From the NCBI GenBank assembly GCA_963828735.1, contig CAWHFW010000005.1:1152001-1216000 (forward strand): DNA of 64,000 bases, read 5' to 3'. This DNA comes from an uncultured Gemmatimonadales bacterium (GTDB lineage: Bacteria > Gemmatimonadota > Gemmatimonadetes > Gemmatimonadales > GWC2-71-9). Shown piece after piece: positions 57,815 through 64,000 of the stretch; position 1 is the first letter of the stretch, and each line of letters opens with the position of its first letter. The notes below the pieces were generated by a model, which searched no databases, was not told the origin of the DNA, and saw only the letters and a list, made by a program, of their open reading frames with translations. A program made the position numbers and the translations under genes.

Positions 57815-58588
57815 ATGACGCTGGATACCGCGGTCATTCCGTGCGGCGGTCGCGGTACCCGGTTGCATCCGATCACCCGCTGGCTGCCGAAGGAGATCCT
57901 CCCCGTGGGTCTCCGCCCCGTGCTCCACTGGACGCTCGACGAGGCCGCCGACGCGGGCCTCCTCCGCGCGATCATCGTCACCAATCCGCACAAGCCGCTG
58001 CTCGAGGCCGCCGCCCGCAACTACGAGGGCCCGCTCGAGCTGGAGTTCGTGCCGCAGGACCACCCGCGCGGACTGGGTGACGCGTTCCTCCGAGCCCGGG
58101 ATCATCTGGCCGGCTCGCCGTTCCTGGCGGTGCTTCCGGACAACCTCTTCCGTGGACCGAATCCGAGCGCGGCGGTGGTGGCGAGCTTTCGCGCCAGCGG
58201 CCGCGCGACCGTGCTGCTCGCCGAGGTGTCGCGAGAGGCGGCCACCTCGAAGGGCGCATCCGGCCGCGCCACGACCCGTACCGACGCGGACGGCTCCCTG
58301 CGGGTGACGGACGTGACGGAGAAAGGCACCGGGAAATTCGACACGGCTGGCGAGGCGGCCGCGGTCACCCCGATCGGCCGGATGGCGTTTCCCGGCGACA
58401 TCCTCGAGGAGTTCGCGGAGGTGGGACGAGGGTTGCCCTCGGGGGTCGAGCTGGACGATGTGCCGGTGTTGCAGCGCCTCGCGCGGCGCGACGCGCTCGC
58501 GGGCGTGATCAGCCGGGCCGAGTTCTTCGACGTCGGCGCGCCCGAGGGCTACCGGGACGCGGTCGCCGCCTTCCCGGCTCGCGCCTGA
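57815..58588 (+). CDS. Sugar-phosphate nucleotidyltransferase (GalU-like)
   Basis: AVIPCGGRGTRL.P.T...PKE.LP, Q..PRGLGDA, LPDN, FDVG...GY. Confidence 0.88.
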   Translation: MTLDTAVIPCGGRGTRLHPITRWLPKEILPVGLRPVLHWTLDEAADAGLLRAIIVTNPHKPLLEAAARNYEGPLELEFVPQDHPRGLGDAFLRARDHLAGSPFLAVLPDNLFRGPNPSAAVVASFRASGRATVLLAEVSREAATSKGASGRATTRTDADGSLRVTDVTEKGTGKFDTAGEAAAVTPIGRMAFPGDILEEFAEVGRGLPSGVELDDVPVLQRLARRDALAGVISRAEFFDVGAPEGYRDAVAAFPARA

Positions 58589-58604
58589 GCGGCGGACCAC
58601 TCGC

Positions 58605-58931
58605 GTGGACGCCGCCTTCGCCTATCACCTCGACGAGCTCACTGGCATCAGCGGAGCGCGACTCGCGGACCCGGCCGGACTTTCGGCCGCGGTCGTGGCG
58701 GCGGCGGGCGCCGTCGGCATGGCGCCGCTCGGCCCACCGATCGTGCGCGAAGGCCCGAGCGGCGCCGCGGTGGCTCTGCTGTGCCGCGACGGGCACATCG
58801 TGCTGCACACCGCCCCGCACGAGGGGTTGTGCTTCGTCGCCGTCGTGGCCCGCGCGCCCGCGGATGTCGGGCGCGGGGTCGAAGTCATCGCGCGCGGGCT
58901 CGCCAGAGAGCCGGGCCGAGAAGCACCCTGA
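58605..58931 (+). CDS. S-adenosylmethionine decarboxylase-fold protein, degenerate
   Basis: Length and pattern G....LL..DGHIVLHT.P.EG parallel SpeD (LAESHISIHTWPE). Confidence 0.55.
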   Translation: MDAAFAYHLDELTGISGARLADPAGLSAAVVAAAGAVGMAPLGPPIVREGPSGAAVALLCRDGHIVLHTAPHEGLCFVAVVARAPADVGRGVEVIARGLAREPGREAP

Positions 58932-59003
58932 CGACCGCGAGCACCGACTGGGCAGCTGTCGGACGACAAACGGGCGAGTCGAGCGGAGTAGTATCGGCTG
59001 CGG

Positions 59004-61664
59004 TCAGGACTGAAGCGCTGCCACGGGTGGCCGGACCGCGCCGTGGCCGCGCACGACGCCCTCGACACGGCGGGACGGGTCGAGGCACGCCCGGGCCACC
59101 CTGAGCACGTCCTCGGCGGTGACGCCGCGGAAGGCCGCGCCCGGATCCACCAGGTCGCCGAGGCCGTTGCCCGCCATCCATGCCTCGAGAATCTCCGCCG
59201 CGACGGCGCCCCCGCTTTGCCGGCTCACCTCGGCCTGCCCCGCGAGAAAGTTCACCGCCTGGCGTAGCTCGCTCTCGCTCACCGGCTCGCGCGTAAAGCG
59301 ATCCAGCTCACGCAGCATCTCCTCCCTGGCTTCCTCCTCGCGCTCGGGCGAGGTCGCGATATACGTCAGGATCGCGCCGGCCCGCGCCTTGAGCCACGCG
59401 GTAGCGACGACGGTGTAGGCCAGCGACCGCCGATCCCGAAGTGCCTCGAACAAGCGGCCCCCCAGCCCGCTCGCCACCGCCGCCCACACCTGGGCCGCCG
59501 CTCGATCCGGATGTCGTCGGGGCAGACCGGGGAAGGCCATTGCGATGGCGGCTTGCGCCTTGTCCCGCGGGACGACCCGCGAGGGGGCCTCGGCGCCGTT
59601 CTCCCCCGCCATCCAATTCAGAACGGGCAGCACGCCTGTCCCCCCGCGCGGCGCGCCGCCGTCGAAGGCGTTCGCCAGTTCGGCCGACGCGCGCTCGGGA
59701 TCCACGTCACCGACGGCGATCACGATGGGCCGCACGTCGCCAAGCGCGCGTGCGTGCCACGCTCGGGTATCCGTCGCGGTAATCGCGGGGAGGGTGTGCG
59801 CGAGCCCGGAGACCGGCAGCCCGTACCCCTCCTCGCCGAACGCTTCGGCGAACGCGAGCTGGAACGGGTACCGGAACATGTCGTCGGCCACCTGCTCCGC
59901 TTCGGCGATCATCAGCCCGCGCTCCCGCTCCACGTCCGGCTCGTCCAGCCGCGGCGAGGTGTAGACCAGCTGGAGCAGACCGGCCGCCTCGGACAGGTGA
60001 TCAGCCAGGACGGACGTGCCGAATCCGAGCCAGTCGGTCATCGCAGACGGGCTCAGGGACCCACCCAGCCGCTCGAACGCGAAGGCGAGCGCGCCGGCGT
60101 CCAGGTCACCCGCGCCCCGGATCGCGCTTCGCACTGTGAGCGCGCCAATGCCCGCCTGCGCCGGCGGATCGAGCTGGACCCGTGGGACGTAGATCCCCAG
60201 ATGCACGAGCGGAACGCCGGCCTTCGGCCGGACCAGCAGATCGACGCCGGGAAGCGAGGTGTGAAGGACGTCCGCCTCGCGGCTACCAGTCGAAGCGCGC
60301 TTCGTGGGGAGGACACGCCGCGGCGCCACGTTCGCGGGCACCGCCTTCTCCGATCGGCGCAGCTCCGTCACCGCGAACGCCCCGCCGAGCGCGTCCGCGG
60401 TCAGCTCGGCGCCTTCGTCCTCCGGGAGATAGAGGACCGCCGACACCGCGTCCGGCTGGAGGTACCGTCCGGCCGTGGCGCGGACGTCGTCAGATCGGAC
60501 CGAGGCGATCGCCTCGAACTCGCGGTCGAGGAAGGTGTAGCCGTCCAGTGCCTCGGCGGCGGCGAGCGCGGACGCGCGACCGTCCATGGACTCGAGCCGG
60601 CGCGCCCAGCGAGCGCGAAGCAGCGTGCGAGCCCGGTCCATGTCGTCGTCCGTCGGACCGAGCAGTGCGAGTCGGTTGACCGAGGTCGCGATCGCGTCGA
60701 GCGCCGCCGGCACGCGCGCCGGCTCGAGCTCGGCCGCGACGCCGAATACGCCCAGGTCGGTCGGGGCGTAGTAGTGGGCCGTGATCGAGGTGACGAGGCC
60801 GCTCTCGCGGAGCCCGCGGTAGAGCCAGCTGCCCCGGCCGGCGCCCAGCACGGCGCCCGCGACGTCGAGTGCCGGGGCCGCGGCGTCGAGCGGCGGGGCC
60901 GCCCGCCATCCGAGCGAGAGCTCGGCCTGATTCACGTCGCCGCGCAGGGTGCGGACCCGAATCTCACGGTGCTCGGGCTCCGCCGGCGATGGATCCACCG
61001 CGCCGGGCGCGGCCGGCCAACGGCCGTAGACTTCGCGGGCGCGCGCTATGGCCTCGGCCGGCTCCACTGCGCCGACGATGGACACGATCGTGCGCTCCGG
61101 CACGTACCGCGAGGCGTAGTAGCCGTGGACGTCGGCGCGCCTGAAGCCGGCCAGTTGGGCCTCGTGGCCGATGCGCCACCGGCGAATCCGGTGATGATCA
61201 AACATCACTTCGTGCAGCGTCTCGTAGGCGACGGCTGACGGCGTGTCGAGCTTCCGCTTCGCTTCCTGGATGATGACCTGGAGCTCGCGGGCCAGCTCGG
61301 TCTCGTCGATCAATGAGTTGAGGAGGGCGTCGGCCTGGATATCCAGCGCCTCGGCAAAGCCGGACGCCGGGAGGACGGCGAAGTACGTGGTGTGATCGTA
61401 GCTCGTGCTGGCGTTGAGGTAGCCGCCGGCGCTCTTGGTCTCCCGGGCGATCGCCCCCACGCCGCGGCGCGGAGTGCCCTTGAAGAACATGTGCTCCAGC
61501 ACGTGCGAGATGCCGGCCCATCGGTCGGGCTCGTCGAAGAAGCCCGCCCTCACGTGCGTCACCACCGCCACCACCGGCGCCGAGCGGTCCTCCTGCGCCA
61601 GCAAGGTCAGTCCGTTCGGCAGCACCTCCCGGCGGACGCCGTCGGTCCAGCGCGTCCGCGCCAC
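59004..61664 (-). CDS. M16 (pitrilysin family) zinc peptidase
   Basis: LPNGL, HVLEHMFFKGT (HxxEH), NAST..D.T.Y; second module with RLFEALR....LAY. Confidence 0.92.
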   Translation of the reverse strand: MARTRWTDGVRREVLPNGLTLLAQEDRSAPVVAVVTHVRAGFFDEPDRWAGISHVLEHMFFKGTPRRGVGAIARETKSAGGYLNASTSYDHTTYFAVLPASGFAEALDIQADALLNSLIDETELARELQVIIQEAKRKLDTPSAVAYETLHEVMFDHHRIRRWRIGHEAQLAGFRRADVHGYYASRYVPERTIVSIVGAVEPAEAIARAREVYGRWPAAPGAVDPSPAEPEHREIRVRTLRGDVNQAELSLGWRAAPPLDAAAPALDVAGAVLGAGRGSWLYRGLRESGLVTSITAHYYAPTDLGVFGVAAELEPARVPAALDAIATSVNRLALLGPTDDDMDRARTLLRARWARRLESMDGRASALAAAEALDGYTFLDREFEAIASVRSDDVRATAGRYLQPDAVSAVLYLPEDEGAELTADALGGAFAVTELRRSEKAVPANVAPRRVLPTKRASTGSREADVLHTSLPGVDLLVRPKAGVPLVHLGIYVPRVQLDPPAQAGIGALTVRSAIRGAGDLDAGALAFAFERLGGSLSPSAMTDWLGFGTSVLADHLSEAAGLLQLVYTSPRLDEPDVERERGLMIAEAEQVADDMFRYPFQLAFAEAFGEEGYGLPVSGLAHTLPAITATDTRAWHARALGDVRPIVIAVGDVDPERASAELANAFDGGAPRGGTGVLPVLNWMAGENGAEAPSRVVPRDKAQAAIAMAFPGLPRRHPDRAAAQVWAAVASGLGGRLFEALRDRRSLAYTVVATAWLKARAGAILTYIATSPEREEEAREEMLRELDRFTREPVSESELRQAVNFLAGQAEVSRQSGGAVAAEILEAWMAGNGLGDLVDPGAAFRGVTAEDVLRVARACLDPSRRVEGVVRGHGAVRPPVAALQS

Positions 61665-61668
61665 GCCG

Positions 61669-62787
61669 CTACTGCACGATCCGCAGCACGCCAGCCTCGG
61701 CGCTGCCGCGAATGAAGGCCTCCGCATCCGTGGTGGGGATGACGACGCCGGTCTCGGCATGGCCCCGCCGCGCGAGGCTGGCCATGAAATCACTCAGGGA
61801 GCCGGCGGCCCAATCGCGGTCGGCGGCCTTCATCTGCAGCAGGATCTCGTCCCAGCTCCCCCGGATCGGCTGTCCCGCGAGGGTCACGACCAGATGCGAC
61901 TCGCCCAGCGCGGGCTTCTTCTGCATTGCGTGCAGCTCGCTCAGGAGCGTGCCGAACAGCTCCAGCTGGTGAGGGTCCCGCACCCCGCCGTCGGCCTGCT
62001 GCGCCTCGACCTCGGCGAGCAGCATGTCGATGGCGTCCGGCTCTCCCGCCACCTCGCCCAGCCGCGTGAGCCAGGGCGCCAGCTCCGGATCCTCGTCCGG
62101 CAATCGGTAGATGGTCTTCTTGAGCTCGATGTGCCGCCAGATGCCGAGCTCGTCAAAGTGATCGTCGGGCTGGGTGCGCTCGAGTTGATGGAGTGCCGCC
62201 TCGGTCTCGCCGCGATCGTAGAGCAGGTTGGCCAGGTAGATTCGCGCCTCGGCGTACGACCCATCGAGCTCGAGCGCGCGCCTGAGCCAGTACAGCGAGC
62301 CGGCATCGTTCCCCAGCCGGTGCGAGGCGTAGCCCAGGCAAGCGGCCGCGTCCGGCGAATCCGGGTGGGCCGATGCGGCGAGATCGAAGAACCGGTGCGC
62401 GGGCGCGATGTGCCCCTCGCGGAAGAGCGCCCGACCCACCTGCAGCATCAGCTCGTGATCGTCCTCGAAGCCAAGCTGGAGGATCCGCTCGAAGGCGCGC
62501 ATGGCGCCGGGCCGGTCGCCCAGCTTGAGGAGGCTTTCGCCCAGGCCGGCCAAGCCATCCTCGTGGTCCGGGTCGAGCGCCAGGGCATGCTCGAAGCTCC
62601 GCCGGGACCAGGCGTATTCCTCCCGGGCCAAGTGGGCGTAAGCCCTGCCGATGTGCAGTTCGACGGAGTGGGGGTAGAGGGAAATGCCTTCTTTGAGGAT
62701 CAACAGCGCTTCATCGTACCGGCCTTCGTTATAGAGTTGATGGGCTTGTTCGTCGAAGTCGTCGGAGCTGAGGAAGGCATCCGACAT
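61669..62787 (-). CDS. Tetratricopeptide repeat protein
   Basis: Tandem TPRs (G.YDEA, AL.LDPDH, ALELD..YAEA); GGAGG SD. Confidence 0.85.
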   Translation of the reverse strand: MSDAFLSSDDFDEQAHQLYNEGRYDEALLILKEGISLYPHSVELHIGRAYAHLAREEYAWSRRSFEHALALDPDHEDGLAGLGESLLKLGDRPGAMRAFERILQLGFEDDHELMLQVGRALFREGHIAPAHRFFDLAASAHPDSPDAAACLGYASHRLGNDAGSLYWLRRALELDGSYAEARIYLANLLYDRGETEAALHQLERTQPDDHFDELGIWRHIELKKTIYRLPDEDPELAPWLTRLGEVAGEPDAIDMLLAEVEAQQADGGVRDPHQLELFGTLLSELHAMQKKPALGESHLVVTLAGQPIRGSWDEILLQMKAADRDWAAGSLSDFMASLARRGHAETGVVIPTTDAEAFIRGSAEAGVLRIVQ

Positions 62788-62869
62788 CGGCGGTCCTCCC
62801 GCTGGTAGGTTGATGCAAACTAGGGACTTGAGGCGACGGGAGCAAGAGAAGGCGGTGCGAGGTCGGCCC

Positions 62870-62911
62870 TTGACGGGAGCCTGGGTTCGCATATCTTACT
62901 GACCGGTCAGT
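62870..62911 (+). promoter_or_regulatory. Promoter with TetR operator
   Basis: TTGACG (62870-62875), TATCTT (62892-62897), then perfect palindrome ACTGACCGGTCAGT (62898-62911). Confidence 0.7.
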
Positions 62912-62919
62912 TACTAATT

Positions 62920-63597
62920 ATGAAGCGGGTAGCCGTGTCTCATCCCGATGCCCCCTCCTCCACATCTCGACGCTGGCAGCGTCGGCCTGAGGCCCGCCCC
63001 GAGGAGATCCTCGACGCCGCCCTGACCGTCTTCGGCGAGTCCGGATTTGCCCGCGCCAAGATCGACGACGTCGCACGCCTCGCCGGCGTCAGCAAAGGCA
63101 CCGTCTACCTCTACTTCGACTCGAAGGAGTCGCTGTTCCGCGAGATGGTGCGAGCCAAGGTAGTGGCCTCGCTCGCGGAAGCCGAGGCGTTCGTGCGCAC
63201 CTACGAGGGATCCGCACGCGGGCTCCTGGTGGAGGTGATCAGGCAGATGTACACCCGGGTGCGGCGCGAGCCGATCATGCAGCTCGCCAGGGTCGTCCAG
63301 GGTGAGCTGCCACACTTTCCCGAATTGGCCCGCTTCTACTTTGACGAGGTGATCCTCCGCGCCCGGCGTCTCGTCGAGCAGGTGCTGGAGCGCGGCACGG
63401 CTACGGGTGAGTTCCGGCCGAGCGCGACCGGCTTCGCGGCACGGGGCCTGTCCTCGATGCTGGTGCACACCGCCCAAGTCCAGTGCTTTTTCCAACGCTT
63501 CGATCCGCAGGCGCTCACCGAGGAGCAGGCGGTCGAAGGGCTCATTGACCTGTACCTCCACGGCGTGCTGGCGCATCCCGCGGAGCCCCTGAGGTGA
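62920..63597 (+). CDS. TetR/AcrR family regulator
   Basis: EILDAAL.VF...GF, IDDVA..AGVSKGTVYLYF.SKE.LF; alternative start GTG 62935. Confidence 0.95.
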   Translation: MKRVAVSHPDAPSSTSRRWQRRPEARPEEILDAALTVFGESGFARAKIDDVARLAGVSKGTVYLYFDSKESLFREMVRAKVVASLAEAEAFVRTYEGSARGLLVEVIRQMYTRVRREPIMQLARVVQGELPHFPELARFYFDEVILRARRLVEQVLERGTATGEFRPSATGFAARGLSSMLVHTAQVQCFFQRFDPQALTEEQAVEGLIDLYLHGVLAHPAEPLR

Positions 63598-63602
63598 GCG
63601 CC

Positions 63603-64000
63603 ATGCGCCGCTCGTCGTCCCGCTTCGCGCCCGTCGTGCTCGCGCTGATGCTCACCGTCGCTCCCGCCGCGGCGCAGCAGCCGGGCGTGCCGCAAGGCCC
63701 GGTCACGCTCCTGCAGGCGATTTCGCTCGGGCGAAGTCAGGGCGTGAACGCCGCCATCGCCCAGCTCAATGTCCGCACCGCCGATGCGCGCGTCGGGCAG
63801 CGGCGCGCCGATTTGTTGCCGAGCATCAGCGGGAACGCCGCCTACACCAACCAGAAGCTGAACCTCGAAGAGTTCGGGTTGCCCGGCGTCACCGGCGTGA
63901 CTGACCCGTTCAACATCTACCGCCTGCAGCTCAAAGCCTCGCAGACGATCTTCGACGCGTCGGCCATCGGGCGGGTGCGCGCGGCGCGCGACACCGCGGT
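63603..64000 (+). CDS. TolC family outer-membrane efflux protein (3'-partial)
   Basis: Not in the ORF track. MRRSSSRFAPVVLALMLTVAPAAA|QQ...VTLLQAI...RADLLPSIS...SQTIFD; follows TetR. Confidence 0.85.
   Translation, partial: MRRSSSRFAPVVLALMLTVAPAAAQQPGVPQGPVTLLQAISLGRSQGVNAAIAQLNVRTADARVGQRRADLLPSISGNAAYTNQKLNLEEFGLPGVTGVTDPFNIYRLQLKASQTIFDASAIGRVRAARDTA

Noticed and set aside
15792..62892. Long N-terminal extensions in the ORF track (lptF, lptG, nadC, ctaAB, TBDR, kup, pgsA-like, galU-like, M16, TPR)
   Set aside because: They overlap neighbouring genes or promoters. SD sequences, leaderless signals and stop-start overlaps identify shorter starts, so these are not fusions.
1..64000. CRISPR array, tRNA/rRNA, integrase/transposase, prophage or anti-phage genes
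   Set aside because: No regularly spaced direct repeats, cloverleaf/rRNA signatures or corresponding protein motifs were seen.

Overview
High-GC bacterial chromosome window. Gene content and style suggest Gemmatimonadota (FCB group); this is an inference. I found about 55 CDS and no rRNA, tRNA, CRISPR array or transposase. Contents in order: tail of a GldG/DUF4340 ABC operon; MarR regulator and hydrolase; pilB-pilT-pilC, comEA, a glutaminyl-cyclase-like M28 lipoprotein and a 2024-aa SprA-like T9SS translocon; lptFG; nadBAC; APC permease; CtaA-CtaB fusion; ABC exporter; a five-gene envelope operon (TonB-dependent receptor, 1.36-kaa protein with a T9SS-like C-terminal domain, PorV-like barrel, GWxTD protein, lipoprotein); an ECF sigma/anti-sigma-led cluster ending in ketosynthase, cyclase, methyltransferase and FAD oxidoreductase genes; ccmABCD (ccmB frameshifted, ccmD missing from the ORF track); frameshifted kup; DsbA/VKOR; M16 peptidase; TetR and TolC. 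The best candidate for an undescribed system is the TBDR + CTD cargo + dedicated PorV + GWxTD cassette, which lies 12 kb from sprA. Other notable signals are a Gln at +1 of several secreted proteins next to a QC-like gene, recurrent leaderless promoters, a repeated 25-bp intergenic dyad, probable CTG starts and a catalytically degenerate SpeD-like protein. All calls are by motif recognition; no searches were run.
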